A DNA stretch of 32,000 nucleotides from positions 9,783 to 41,782 of the forward strand of contig NZ_JAYKGW010000183.1 of NCBI RefSeq assembly GCF_035285525.1, read 5' to 3'. The first letter of the stretch is position 1; each line of letters opens with the position of its first letter. This DNA comes from Okeania sp. GTDB lineage: Bacteria > Cyanobacteriota > Cyanobacteriia > Cyanobacteriales > Microcoleaceae. The notes beneath the pieces are model-generated. The model saw only the letters and a list, made by a program, of their open reading frames with translations, was not told where the DNA came from and searched no databases. Below, piece after piece: positions 17,605 to 27,044 of the stretch. Position numbers and translations under genes: made by a program.

Positions 17605-17839
17605 TTAATTTTCATAAGTTTTAGCTATTGATCCTGTTAATAATTTATGGCGCTCGGCTATTGGCAAACGAGCAATTTCTTTGAGAGATAACTGATTTTT
17701 AGAATCAACTTCAGATAGTTTCAATTTATGTTGAATAAACTGCAATATTGTCTAGCACTTCCTGTTGTTTTTCAAGTGGTAATAATTTCAGATTATCTAT
17801 GATTTCTTGTTCAATATTATTGTTTATTATTGCTGTCAT
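17605..17839 (-). pseudogene. DUF2281-like antitoxin gene with a frameshift; the downstream partner is reduced to a 13-codon stub
   Basis: MTAIINNNIEQEIIDNLKLLPLEKQQEVLDNIAVYST* continues in another frame as IQHKLKLSEVDSKNQLSLKEIARLPIAERHKLL...YEN*. Span length is 235 nt, not a multiple of 3. Confidence 0.55.
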
Positions 17840-17855
17840 AAAAGTAATCTCCCAT

Positions 17856-18053
17856 TCATAAAATGCGGCGATCGCTCACCCCATCTTTTACATCACATTC
17901 CCCAGAATTTTTACCTAAATCCCAAATAGAAGGTGTTTTTTTGATGGTGGTAATAATAATTTTCCCATTTTCTTGAATAATGTCAAATTCTTGGTTTTCT
18001 CCTAACAATTCTTTAGGTATTAATAAGCCTTCTTCTGTTGCTGTTAATTTCAT
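17856..18053 (-). CDS. AbrB/SpoVT-like antitoxin-type small protein, paralog of 19800-20012
   Basis: 65 aa, MKLTATEEGLLIPKELLGENQEFDIIQENGKIIIT. Near-identical N-terminal 50 aa to the 19800-20012 product. Confidence 0.55.
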   Translation of the reverse strand: MKLTATEEGLLIPKELLGENQEFDIIQENGKIIITTIKKTPSIWDLGKNSGECDVKDGVSDRRIL

Positions 18054-18120
18054 GTTTAATTACCTCAATTCATTTTGTAAATTAATTCATTAAAATCGCC
18101 CTATTTCAGAATGGCAATAC

Positions 18121-18411
18121 TTATCCCAAATTTTCAATTTCCTGTAATACATCTACCAAAGTAGGAGCATTTGAGGAAATAACATTTTCTTGACTTCCAT
18201 CATCTTTATGGTGGGGAAAATTTGGTAAGTTTAGCTTTTTATGATGTTCAGTATTGTCATAGCGGAAAATCAGATTATTTGAGGCAGTCATATATTGATA
18301 GGAATACATATCGCGCTCTATTGTTAATTCTAAATCTACAAATTTTCGCACCATTAAAACAGAATTATCTAGAAACTTTATTTCCCCTCGAATCATACCT
18401 TCGCGCATCAC
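18121..18411 (-). CDS. TumE-family (DUF6516-like) toxin-type protein; N-terminal part lies in another frame up to about 18514, so probably a pseudogene
   Basis: LIFRYDNTEHHKKLNLPNFPHHKDDG matches the remembered TumE motif (RYDN..HH....PHHK). Upstream, LLFEDYFQQLYDLIVACEIVQNFQIITS reads in a different frame. Confidence 0.55.
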   Translation of the reverse strand: MMREGMIRGEIKFLDNSVLMVRKFVDLELTIERDMYSYQYMTASNNLIFRYDNTEHHKKLNLPNFPHHKDDGSQENVISSNAPTLVDVLQEIENLG

Positions 18412-18491
18412 TTCTTTGAGAGGTTATAATCTGAAAATTTTGCACTATTTCACAAGCTACTATTAAGTCGTAAAGTTGTTGGAAGTAGTCT

Positions 18492-18782
18492 TCAAATAAC
18501 AAATTCAATATCTCCCAATTTTTATATCTTTTCTTCGAGTCGTTTCAACATCAAAGCTTCCCCTATCCATTCATCTAATTCTAATGTTTATTCAAATTCA
18601 TCATTCTCATATCGAAGCAGAAATTCTTGAGTAGGTAACTGATATTTTTATTCAAATTATAAGAGTCTTTTTTTAGTTTGAGAAATTCCCGATTTCAGGG
18701 ATTTTATCCTGTCAAACCTCATCTTTTCAATCATGTTTTTTAATGATTCTGGGTCTCGACATTTAATTTTTAGTTCTGGCAT
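18492..18782 (-). pseudogene. Degraded small antitoxin-like gene with four TAA nonsense codons and at least one frameshift
   Basis: MPELKIKCRDPESLKNMIEK...QTKKRLL*FE*KYQLPTQEFLLRYEN / EFE*TLELDEWIGEALMLKRLEEKI*KLGDIEFVI*. Coordinates are approximate. Confidence 0.5.
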
Positions 18783-18808
18783 ATTTATTATCTCCTTTAA
18801 AAGTAATT

Positions 18809-18839
18809 GTAGGTTGGGTTGAGGAACGAAACCCAACAA
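18809..18839. repeat. REP-like palindromic dispersed repeat (GTAGGTTGGGTTGAGGAACGAAACCCAACAA)
   Basis: 8-bp stem GTTGGGTT/AACCCAAC. The same element occurs at 19732-19762, 22436-22470 and 31878-31910, with a variant at 18941-18977. Confidence 0.85.
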
Positions 18840-18840
18840 T

Positions 18841-18928
18841 AGAAATCTCCATAAAAGAGGAAATAGGGAAGAATAATTGATAATTTATGGATAAAAATTG
18901 ATTCTACTTTTTATTTTTGGAAATTTCT
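18841..18928. mobile_element. MITE with AGAAATCTCCA.../...TGGAAATTTCT terminal inverted repeats and AAT target duplication
   Basis: 88 bp, flanked by AAT on both sides. Same family as 20046-20155. Confidence 0.7.
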
Positions 18929-19022
18929 AATAGTAAAGCTTTGTTGGGTTGAACGATAGTGAAACCGAACTTACGGCTGATAACTGATAACTTTTTAGTT
19001 AGGTTAGTAACTATATCAATTA

Positions 19023-19433
19023 TCATGGTAACATTTTAAAGCCAGCTTGAAAAAAATGGTTATCTAAAGTTAAAGCTGTAACTATCTTTCGTTGTTTCAT
19101 AATTATAAATGATAAACAATGAGTTAGAGAATAGGATTTATCTTGATGCTTTTGAAAATATTGCCATCCTTAATTAAATAGATTTTGATCGATATTAATC
19201 AATTCTATCTCAGGACTTTCTAATAGTTGATTACCAACTTCCACTGCTTTATAATGAAGGTTTCTACTATTGAAGAAAGTTACAACTTCATCAAAAATAT
19301 ACGTTGTTGTTACTAAAAAAGGCTTAGATTTTACTAAAAAATTCCAATTTTCTAATACTTGTTGATGAGCGTCTTCACTTTTGATTTCTAGAGCCAAAAT
19401 ATAGCTAGTATCCAAAAAATAGATTTCTTTCAT
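19023..19433 (-). pseudogene. vapC: PIN-domain VapC toxin gene with an in-frame TAA at 19170-19172
   Basis: MKEIYFLDTSYILALE... stops after 87 aa. The same frame continues GWQYFQKHQDKSYSLTHCLSFIIMKQRKIVTALTLDNHFFQAGF to TGA at 19023-19025. Total 411 nt, a multiple of 3. The usual TDC Asp reads THC. Confidence 0.7.
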
Positions 19434-19513
19434 TGTTGATTATAAAGATAACGGTCGTGATTAATTGCGCCATCGTTTACATCGCATTCCACAGGTGTTG
19501 CTGTTAATTTCAC
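19430..19513 (-). pseudogene. Internally deleted remnant of the AbrB-like antitoxin paralog, overlapping the vapC start (ATGA)
   Basis: VKLTAT|PVECDVNDGAINHDRYLYNQQ*. The N-terminal 6 aa and C-terminal tail match the 19800-20012 product; the middle is missing. Confidence 0.6.
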
Positions 19514-19731
19514 GTTTAATTACCTCAATTAATTTTGTATATTAATTCATTAAATAGAAGCGATCGCCAATTAAAAAATTAAAATAATCGCCAACTGATA
19601 ACTGATTTTATGGTTCAATCCAGTCTTCACAAGCTGCAATTAAAATATTAGCAACTCGATTATCGAGAGCTTCTTTGAACGCTTCTGTCTTCCGCGTAGC
19701 GGTACGATAGTGAAACCCAACCAAACCCTAC

Positions 19732-19762
19732 TGTTGGGTTTCGTTCCTCAACCCAACCTACG
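19732..19762. repeat. REP-like palindromic dispersed repeat, truncating a second vapC copy after about 11 codons
   Basis: CTGTTGGGTTTCGTTCCTCAACCCAACCTACGG. The minus-strand ATG at about 19803 gives MKEVYFLDTSYTLA and then runs into the repeat. Confidence 0.8.
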
Positions 19763-19799
19763 GCTAAAGTATAGCTAGTATCCAAAAAATAGACTTCTT

Positions 19800-20012
19800 T
19801 CATTGTTGATTATACAGATAACGGTTGCGATCGCTAACCCCATCTTTTACATTAAATTCCACAGGATTTTTACCTAAATCCCAAATAGAAAGTGTTTTTT
19901 TGATGCTGGTAATAATAATTTTTCCATTTTCTTGAATAATCTCAAACTCTTGGCTTTCTCCTAATAATTCTTTAGGTATTAATAAGCCTTGTTCTGTTGC
20001 TGTTAATTTCAT
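19800..20012 (-). CDS. AbrB/SpoVT-like antitoxin-type small protein, paralog of 17856-18053
   Basis: 70 aa, MKLTATEQGLLIPKELLGESQEFEIIQENGKIIIT...DRNRYLYNQQ. The stop overlaps the truncated vapC start. Confidence 0.55.
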   Translation of the reverse strand: MKLTATEQGLLIPKELLGESQEFEIIQENGKIIITSIKKTLSIWDLGKNPVEFNVKDGVSDRNRYLYNQQ

Positions 20013-20045
20013 ATTTAATTACCTCAATTAATTTTGTAGATTAAT

Positions 20046-20155
20046 AGACATCTCCAGAAAAGAGGGAACGCTTAACACAACCGCGCTTAACTGGGAAGAA
20101 GAATTGATAATTTATAGATAATAATTGATTTTACTTTTTATTTTTGGAGATGTCT
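20046..20155. mobile_element. MITE (same family as 18841-18928) inserted in the leader of the antitoxin paralog, AAT target duplication
   Basis: AGACATCTCCAGAAAA...TTTTTGGAGATGTCT inverted ends. Filled site is GATTAAT[MITE]AATTCATTAAAAT. Empty paralogous sites read ATTAATTCATTAAA(A)T at about 18088 and 19545. Confidence 0.75.
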
Positions 20156-20264
20156 AATTCATTAAAATTACTATATTTCAAAATTGCCATGCTTATGCTA
20201 TCTTTAAACACTATAGATTGGGCGCTGCGTTACACTCCGTTAACGCATCCTAGTGGGCTGAAAA

Positions 20265-21293
20265 CTACGAAACAGAAGAACACCTGCTAACTTCAATATT
20301 CTTCCTGAGTTGCGACAGGAACTTATTTGAGGTAATTCTCACTAGAATTGAAGCGATCGTATCTCGATGCAGTGTCTTTTCCTTCGAGTAAAGCATCTGC
20401 TTACACGTTTTGTGTTCTTGCTTGAGGTACGCCAGACAATCAGCGTAAACCCCCTTGTTTACCATTATGTCTAGAATTTCGCGATATTTACTGTCGTCAA
20501 TAGCTTCCAGTCTCAATTCTTCGAGTCGTTTCCTCTCTTGCTCATTACATCTTTGAGTCATTAAATAAACTGCCAACGTGAGTTTTCCATTTATAAAGTC
20601 TGAAAATTGATCCTGATATGGTTTTTCCAGCTTTGATAAATTCTCAACTGGCAGTGCAAAATCACCGAAATCATTTGCAGCTTGAGTAGCGGCTCCATAG
20701 ATAGCCCCCATTTCATAAAGTAGTTCGTCAGGCTTTCCTGCCACAATCGAGCCTGCAAAAAAACAACTCCCGTAAAATACACCAGAAAGCAGTCTACACC
20801 GCAGTTGATAAGCCTCTAGAAAATTATCGTAGTCTTGATATTCACTTATTCTAGAAACCTGTAGGTCTCGAATATCCATCATCTGACCAAGATAAACTTG
20901 GTGGTTTATTTGACTCAGAAGTGGTAAAACTGATGTCAGACTATGCTCTTCTAGAATTTGTTGGGCAATTTCTCTAAGTTGAAACCCAGATATAACTAGC
21001 TTTCGTTTATTTTCAGGGCTATCATACCCATGCTTTTCATCAAGAAACCAGTTAATCACATAAGTTGAGCAGTTTAGGACCTCAAAACTTGCACAAACTG
21101 GAAGAATCTCCTTCCAGTTTTGACCTCCGTTAATTTCATAACCTGTTCTGATCTGGAGATCCCGTAATCGAGGGTGGCCATGTCGCTTCATCGGAAGTAG
21201 CTTCACTTCCGGACTCAACTTGTCCATATAGTGTTTGATAAGTATATCTGTTGCTTGTGACGTCTCTTCCATGAGATTGAAATACTGGCTCAT
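20265..21293 (-). CDS. Trans-isoprenyl diphosphate synthase-fold (polyprenyl synthetase-like) protein with non-canonical Asp-rich motifs
   Basis: 342 aa. Aligns by eye to the IspA-type layout: GHPRLRD (for GKRLRP), VINWFLDEKHGYD in place of the first DDxxxxD, LGQMMDIRD, GAATQAANDFGDF in place of FQxxDDxxD, INGKLTL. Confidence 0.6.
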   Translation of the reverse strand: MSQYFNLMEETSQATDILIKHYMDKLSPEVKLLPMKRHGHPRLRDLQIRTGYEINGGQNWKEILPVCASFEVLNCSTYVINWFLDEKHGYDSPENKRKLVISGFQLREIAQQILEEHSLTSVLPLLSQINHQVYLGQMMDIRDLQVSRISEYQDYDNFLEAYQLRCRLLSGVFYGSCFFAGSIVAGKPDELLYEMGAIYGAATQAANDFGDFALPVENLSKLEKPYQDQFSDFINGKLTLAVYLMTQRCNEQERKRLEELRLEAIDDSKYREILDIMVNKGVYADCLAYLKQEHKTCKQMLYSKEKTLHRDTIASILVRITSNKFLSQLRKNIEVSRCSSVS

Positions 21294-22057
21294 TTGTCAC
21301 CCCCTTTCTGATAAATTCGGTATTGATCGTTTTGGTAAGAAATTAGTTGGAAGCCTGCTGAACTCAACATACCTTCTACATAATCGAGTTCGAGTAATCG
21401 CATTTGTACTCTTTGATGTTCCGTAATACTCTCATGTTTGTGACACACATAATCAATAATGAGATATTGCTCCCCATCAACCCAATTTTTGCTAACGGTT
21501 CTTTCAAACGACATTTCCCCATCAAACTTATCTAATTTACTGTGATTAGCATTTGATGTGGTAATAATTAAATACCCTCCGTCATATAAGTGTGCAGCAA
21601 CCCGTTCAAAACTTTGTTGAATAGCATCTATATCCTGGATATGGCTAGCAAGTAAAAAGGTATCACTATCACGAATAAAAGCCCAAGCACCACCACGGGA
21701 ATAGGCAGCATCAAATGTCTGATCGAGTTCAAGATTACATACATCTTGACAATAGAGTTCTACTTGAGAACCCAAGCAAGTCTGAGCTTGAGCAAGTAGC
21801 GACGTGCTTGTATCTATCCCAGTGATTTGGAGTAGAGGTTTCAACTGAATAAGTTGTTCTGCTAGCAAACCAGTTCCGATTCCTATATCCAAGATTTTTT
21901 GCCGATTTCCCAAAATCTCTAGCAGTTCGGTTGCAATTGCTCTATAATCTCGGTTCCTTCCAATGAAAGCATTATAGAAATTGGACATACCTTTGTATAG
22001 ATCGGCATCACGGGATTCGAACTTGGCTATCACCTGTTTTATATCAGAGTTGTTCAT
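21290..22057 (-). CDS. Class I SAM-dependent methyltransferase
   Basis: 255 aa. Motif I ILDIGIGTGLLAEQL. The stop overlaps the start of the downstream gene (ATGA at 21290-21293). Confidence 0.8.
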   Translation of the reverse strand: MNNSDIKQVIAKFESRDADLYKGMSNFYNAFIGRNRDYRAIATELLEILGNRQKILDIGIGTGLLAEQLIQLKPLLQITGIDTSTSLLAQAQTCLGSQVELYCQDVCNLELDQTFDAAYSRGGAWAFIRDSDTFLLASHIQDIDAIQQSFERVAAHLYDGGYLIITTSNANHSKLDKFDGEMSFERTVSKNWVDGEQYLIIDYVCHKHESITEHQRVQMRLLELDYVEGMLSSAGFQLISYQNDQYRIYQKGGDK

Positions 22058-22435
22058 ACTCCAAGAAATTCCTAAAACTTTGGCTGTTTTTTCTAACTAT
22101 AACAGAACTTGTGTAAAGATACTATATAGTCTTAATATAAAATCCGTCAGAATTCAGAATTTCCTCCGGAATACTCCGCAAACAGAATTCAGAATCCAGA
22201 AGGGAAAAGAACTCAGAATTATTTCTGCTCTGGGTGGGGTTAGGTTTTTCACCCCAAACTACAGTTTTCAGTTATCAGTGAACCCAGAAACCGGGTTTCT
22301 TTGCGTAAGTCGGATATTTTCCCCTTTTCTTATCCCCCCTTTCAAAGGGGGGTTAGGGGGGATAAACACCTTACTATTGTTCGGTTTCGGTTCCATGCTA
22401 CGCAATGCTAGCGCCAACAACAAAAGCTACGCGCT

Positions 22436-22470
22436 ATTGTTGGGTTTCGTTCCTCAACCCAACCTACGCA
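22436..22470. repeat. REP-like palindromic dispersed repeat overlapping the metH stop codon
   Basis: ATTGTTGGGTTTCGTTCCTCAACCCAACCTACGCA. The metH TAG (22464-22466) is the CTA of the repeat's ...CCTACG end. Confidence 0.85.
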
Positions 22471-25400
22471 CTAAAATATTTCGCCACAGGATGATAAGTA
22501 ACGATCGCCGTAGTAGACTGTTCAGGATAAAGCTGTTCGCTCTCATCCATATACATATCAATCCTCTTAGTATCCAACAAGTCTAACTGTTTGAACTGAT
22601 CTTGCATATTCGGACAAGCAGGATAACCGAAACTATAACGGGAACCCTGATAACGCTGTCTCAGAATATCCTTAATATTATCTGCATCCCCTGCACCGAA
22701 ACCTAACTCTCGACGAATCCGAGCGTGTAACCATTCTGCCATTGCTTCGGCAGTTTGTACCGCCATCCCGTGGAAATACAAATAATTTGTATATTCGTTT
22801 TCAGCAAACAATTTCTGAGCAAACTCGGTTGCTATTTCTCCTACTGTTACAGCGTGCATTGGGAACACATCAATAATTCCCGAATCCTTGGGAGCAAAGA
22901 AGTCTGCAATACACAACCGTCGTCCTGACTTTTGCCGAGGAAACTCAAAACTGTTCACAACTTTTGTTGCTTTTCCAGTCTGAGTCACTTCCTCTGAGTC
23001 ATAGATTAAAAGTGTATTTCCTTCTGCTTGACAAGGGAAATAACCATATATTGCTTGGGGATGTAGTAACTTGTCTTCAACTACCCGTGACTTCCAAGTT
23101 TCCAGAATCGGATAAACTTTCTCAGCTAAAAACTCATTGTATTCTTCCCGTGGTTGTCCTTGGGGTTTGCGGAACTGCCATTGCCCTGCCATCAACGCTT
23201 GCAAATCTAAATACCAGAATAATTCCTCAAATGGCATATCTTCTGGTTGCAATAACTTGGTTCCCCAGAATGGAGGAGTCGGGCGATCGATATCTACTGG
23301 TACATCATCGGAACGTCGAGTATCTACGACAACTGGTTCAGCAGGTTGAGTTTCTTCTTTTTCTTGAGATTTAACTTTCGTAGCAACTTTACCATTACCC
23401 TTACCGTTTTCTTCTGCAAACTCACCCAAGAAACCTTTAATATCATCCCACTTATTTTCTGATTTTGCTGGCATCAATTTATCCATGAAATTTAAGTCAG
23501 AAAACGCATCTTTACCATAAACGACTTTACCTTTGTAGGTATTTTGGCAATCTTCATTCACGAATTTCGGAGTAAGAGCAGCACCACCTAAAATCACCGG
23601 AACTGTAATACCTTCTGCGTTAAATGTTTCCAAGTTATCTTTCATAAATGCAGTTGACTTCACCAATAAACCACTCATGGCGATACAGTCAGCATTATGT
23701 TCTCGGTACGCAGCAATAATATTATCAACTGGTTGTTTAATTCCTAAATTAATTACCCGATAACCATTGTTGGAAAGAATGATATCTACCAGATTTTTAC
23801 CAATATCGTGAACATCTCCTTTTACAGTAGCAATCAAGAATGTTCCCTTAGAATTATCCTCACCAGCTTCCTCTGATTCCATGAAAGGTTGTAGATAAGC
23901 AACCGCTGCTTTCATAGTTTGAGCAGACTGCAATACAAATGGTAATTGCATTTGCCCGGAACCGAATAATTCTCCCACTACTTTCATGCCATCTAATAAA
24001 TAGACATTGATGATATCTAAGGGCGGATATTTTTCTAAAGCTTTTGCTAAAGCATCCTCTAAACCGATACGTTCCCCATCAATAATATGTTGTTTTAAAC
24101 GTTCTTCAATTGGTAAATTTTGGGTAGCCGAACGGTCTTTTTTAGTTGTTTTACCCTGGAACATTTTTGTTAGTTCAGTCAGAGGATCATAAATACAAAT
24201 ATCCCCATCAAATTCCCGTTGGTCATATATTAGCTTCCGACAAACTTCTTGATGTTCTGGTTCAATTTTTGCTAGGGGTAAAATCTTACTAGCACTAACA
24301 ATAGAACCATCTAAACCTACTGCCATTGCTTCATGCAAAAATACCGAGTTCAACACTTGTCTAGCTGCCGGATTTAAACCAAATGAAATGTTAGAAACCC
24401 CAAGCATTATATGACAACCTGGTAATTCTTCCCGAATCCTTTTAATAGATTCAATAGTGGCTTTTCCATTTTCCCTATCCTCCTCGATACCTGTAGAAAC
24501 GGGCAAAGCTAAAGTATCAAAGAACAATTCATGGGCAGGAATCCCATATTCTATTGCTGCATCATAAGCTCGTTTAGCTATTTCAAATTTCTTATCCGCC
24601 GTTCGAGCCATTCCATCTTCATCAATAGTTCCAACTACCACACCAGCACCATATTTTTTGGCTAATTCTAATACTTTATAAAAACGAGGTTCTCCATCTT
24701 CATAGTTAGTAGAATTGAGCAAACATTTACCACCGACAACCTTTAAACCAGCCTCCATTTTTTCCCATTCAGTGGAGTCTAACATTAGAGGTAAATTAAC
24801 ATTTGTCACTAAACGAGATGCTAATTCTTTCATATCTCGGACCCCATCACGCCCCACATAATCAACGTTAACATCAAGAATATGTGCCCCTTCTTTTACC
24901 TGAGATTTTGCTAAAGCAACTAAACCATCCCAATCTTCTTTTTCTAGTAAAGTTCGACATTTTTTAGAACCACTAGCATTCAATCTTTCTCCCACAATTA
25001 AAAAGGAGTTATCTTGTTCGTAAGTTTCTGAAGAATAGATGGAAGCTGCTGAAGGAATAAATTTATATTCTCGTTGTTTTGGTTGGAGAGTTTCAGTAAT
25101 TTCAGCTAATGCTTGAATATGGTCTGGACGAGTACCACAACAACCACCAATAACTTGCACTCCCAGGTCTTCAATAAAGTGCATTAATGCCATTTTTAAC
25201 TCTAAAGGAGTTAATTTGTAGTGAGCTTGTCCGCCGATATTTTCTGGCAAACCAGCATTAGGAACACAAGAAACAACAAAAGGAGAATTTTCTGATAAAT
25301 AACGAATATGTTCCTTCATTAAATCAGGACCAGTAGCGCAATTTAATCCTAAAATATCAATCGAATAAGGTTCTAAAATTGTTAGGGCAGCATTAATTTC

Positions 25401-26024
25401 TGAACCAACTAACATAGTGCCAAAAGATTCCATAGTTACTGACACCATGATCGGGCGACGTTCACCTTTTTTAGCAAAGGTTTCTTCTATACCATTTAAA
25501 GCAGCTTTTATTTGCAAAACATCCTGACAAGTTTCCACAATAAATAAGTCTACTCCCCCATCCCAAAGACCTTCTGCTTGTTCCGTAAAGCCATCTTTTA
25601 AGGTGTCAAAATCAATATGTCCGAGGGTAGGTAATTTAGTTCCTGGTCCCATCGAACCAGCCACAAATCTAGGTTTTTCTGGGGTAGAAAATTCGGCAGT
25701 AACAGACTTTGCTAATTCCGCTGCTTTTTTATTTAGATAGTAAGCTTGGTCTGCTAAATCGTATTCTGCCAAGACAATTTTTGTCCCACCAAATGTGTCA
25801 GTTTCTATCACATCCGCACCTGCTGCCAGGAAGTCTCGGTGGACTTTAGCTACAGCTTCTGGCTTAGTATGGACAAGATATTCGTTACAACCTTCATATT
25901 CTGCACCACCGAAGTCTTCTGCTGTAAGGTTTTGCACTTGTAGATTAGTACCCATTGCCCCATCAAAAACTATGACTGGGCGTTCTGGACTATGCAGACG
26001 ATTTAAAAAAGGACTGTTCATCAT
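22464..26024 (-). CDS. metH: Cobalamin-dependent methionine synthase
   Basis: 1186 aa with the full domain order: Hcy-binding (S-methyltransferase), pterin-binding, B12-binding with DVHDIGKN (DxHxxG), and the C-terminal AdoMet activation domain. Confidence 0.95.
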   Translation of the reverse strand: MMNSPFLNRLHSPERPVIVFDGAMGTNLQVQNLTAEDFGGAEYEGCNEYLVHTKPEAVAKVHRDFLAAGADVIETDTFGGTKIVLAEYDLADQAYYLNKKAAELAKSVTAEFSTPEKPRFVAGSMGPGTKLPTLGHIDFDTLKDGFTEQAEGLWDGGVDLFIVETCQDVLQIKAALNGIEETFAKKGERRPIMVSVTMESFGTMLVGSEINAALTILEPYSIDILGLNCATGPDLMKEHIRYLSENSPFVVSCVPNAGLPENIGGQAHYKLTPLELKMALMHFIEDLGVQVIGGCCGTRPDHIQALAEITETLQPKQREYKFIPSAASIYSSETYEQDNSFLIVGERLNASGSKKCRTLLEKEDWDGLVALAKSQVKEGAHILDVNVDYVGRDGVRDMKELASRLVTNVNLPLMLDSTEWEKMEAGLKVVGGKCLLNSTNYEDGEPRFYKVLELAKKYGAGVVVGTIDEDGMARTADKKFEIAKRAYDAAIEYGIPAHELFFDTLALPVSTGIEEDRENGKATIESIKRIREELPGCHIMLGVSNISFGLNPAARQVLNSVFLHEAMAVGLDGSIVSASKILPLAKIEPEHQEVCRKLIYDQREFDGDICIYDPLTELTKMFQGKTTKKDRSATQNLPIEERLKQHIIDGERIGLEDALAKALEKYPPLDIINVYLLDGMKVVGELFGSGQMQLPFVLQSAQTMKAAVAYLQPFMESEEAGEDNSKGTFLIATVKGDVHDIGKNLVDIILSNNGYRVINLGIKQPVDNIIAAYREHNADCIAMSGLLVKSTAFMKDNLETFNAEGITVPVILGGAALTPKFVNEDCQNTYKGKVVYGKDAFSDLNFMDKLMPAKSENKWDDIKGFLGEFAEENGKGNGKVATKVKSQEKEETQPAEPVVVDTRRSDDVPVDIDRPTPPFWGTKLLQPEDMPFEELFWYLDLQALMAGQWQFRKPQGQPREEYNEFLAEKVYPILETWKSRVVEDKLLHPQAIYGYFPCQAEGNTLLIYDSEEVTQTGKATKVVNSFEFPRQKSGRRLCIADFFAPKDSGIIDVFPMHAVTVGEIATEFAQKLFAENEYTNYLYFHGMAVQTAEAMAEWLHARIRRELGFGAGDADNIKDILRQRYQGSRYSFGYPACPNMQDQFKQLDLLDTKRIDMYMDESEQLYPEQSTTAIVTYHPVAKYFSA

Positions 26025-26056
26025 GGTGTATTTAATATTTTTTTTAGCTTTCAGTA

Positions 26057-26084
26057 ATTATACTACTTTTTTGAAAGTTGGAAA
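26057..26084 (-). promoter_or_regulatory. Candidate metH promoter
   Basis: Minus strand: TTTCCA, 16 nt, TATAAT, about 30 nt upstream of the ATG. Confidence 0.3.
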
Positions 26085-26447
26085 GCAACTTGTTTTCTAA
26101 ATGATAATATAGATTATAGGGCTTAAGTTAGCAACTATAAACAAATATCAAATATAACCATTTAACCGTGAGCGATTAGCTTTAAGTTATTAACTTATTT
26201 ATCACACCAAAAAGGTAATTAGCCTTTAAAAATAACAGGACTTACGTAAAATAGCAAATTATACACCAGGTGTAGGAGTGTTTCATGTCGCGCCAGGGAT
26301 ACGGCCGTTTGCTTCCCATACTTCGTAACCTCCCTACTAGATATAGTGGTTCTGGGTAAGTCCTGAAGAATTAAAAGTTATTTTTGTGCAATATTCCGCA
26401 GGAAATGCTGAATGCTAATAATGCTTACTATCAAACTTAAAAAATAG

Positions 26448-26658
26448 GTCAGCATTCAGATATTAGCTGTCAGCTATCCTCCTGGGTCGGAGCTGCGCTA
26501 ACAGCAATAAAAAACTCAGTTTTCAGGAGGATATTTGAACGAATAAAAAAAGTGAAAAATGAACTTTGTAGTCAGAAAAATATCTGATTTATCACGCCCA
26601 CTGTATCATAAATCTTTTTTCTCAAAATAAAATCAACACCTAAGTGCTGAATGTTTAC
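26448..26658. mobile_element. MITE, same family as 7904-8071 (inverted orientation)
   Basis: GTCAGCATTCAGAT...and...GTGCTGAATGTTTAC ends. The interior blocks GATTTATGATACAGT...GATAAATCAGATATTTTTCT...ATTCGTTCAAATATCCTCC match the other copy. Confidence 0.6.
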
Positions 26659-27044
26659 AAAAACAGGTTTTATTTAAGAAAAATTATCTATAATTAGTAA
26701 TTATTCATTACTTCTAAGCCTTAGGAATAGGACTGGGAAAGTAACTTTTTTATTCTTTCTCAATTTCAAGGGTTGTTTTTACTTTAATAACGGAATGCTC
26801 ACTAACAAAGAATAACTAAAATTAATGTAAGCATTCACCTATTAGCTGTGATTCCTCAACAAAAAGAGGCAGTTTAAATGCCATATAAAATTTTGGTAGT
26901 TAAGATTTAATTCTTACAGAATCAGCTATTGATTTTAGTTAAGAGAAAAGCACTCTTCTGGTTGCCGATAGCTTACGGCTATTTGCGCACCATGACCTAG
27001 GAAATGCTGACAAATTAACTTAATAAATATAGAATAATAAACCT

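Noticed and set aside
18657-18839. 60-aa ORF as listed in the track
   Set aside because: Its first 19 codons ([11 protein letters not shown]...) are the REP-like element, so the plausible gene starts at MPELKIK and is otherwise degraded. My hand translation around 18720 also disagreed with the track by one nucleotide. Exact frames and coordinates in 18490-18790 should be treated as approximate.
20265-22057. 2-methylisoborneol (GPP methyltransferase + MIB synthase) cluster
   Set aside because: The second protein has a polyprenyl-synthase layout rather than the class I terpene cyclase DDxxD/NSE motifs. No flanking cyclic-nucleotide-binding regulator genes are present.
21981-22586. 201-aa plus-strand ORF between the methyltransferase and metH
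   Set aside because: Overlaps the ends of both convergent/adjacent genes. Its middle is translated MITE/REP sequence ([19 protein letters not shown]). Not coding.
26025-27044. Cobalamin or SAM riboswitch upstream of metH
   Set aside because: No B12-box-like or SAM-I-like conserved core was seen on the minus strand. The region is mostly MITE and dispersed-repeat sequence.
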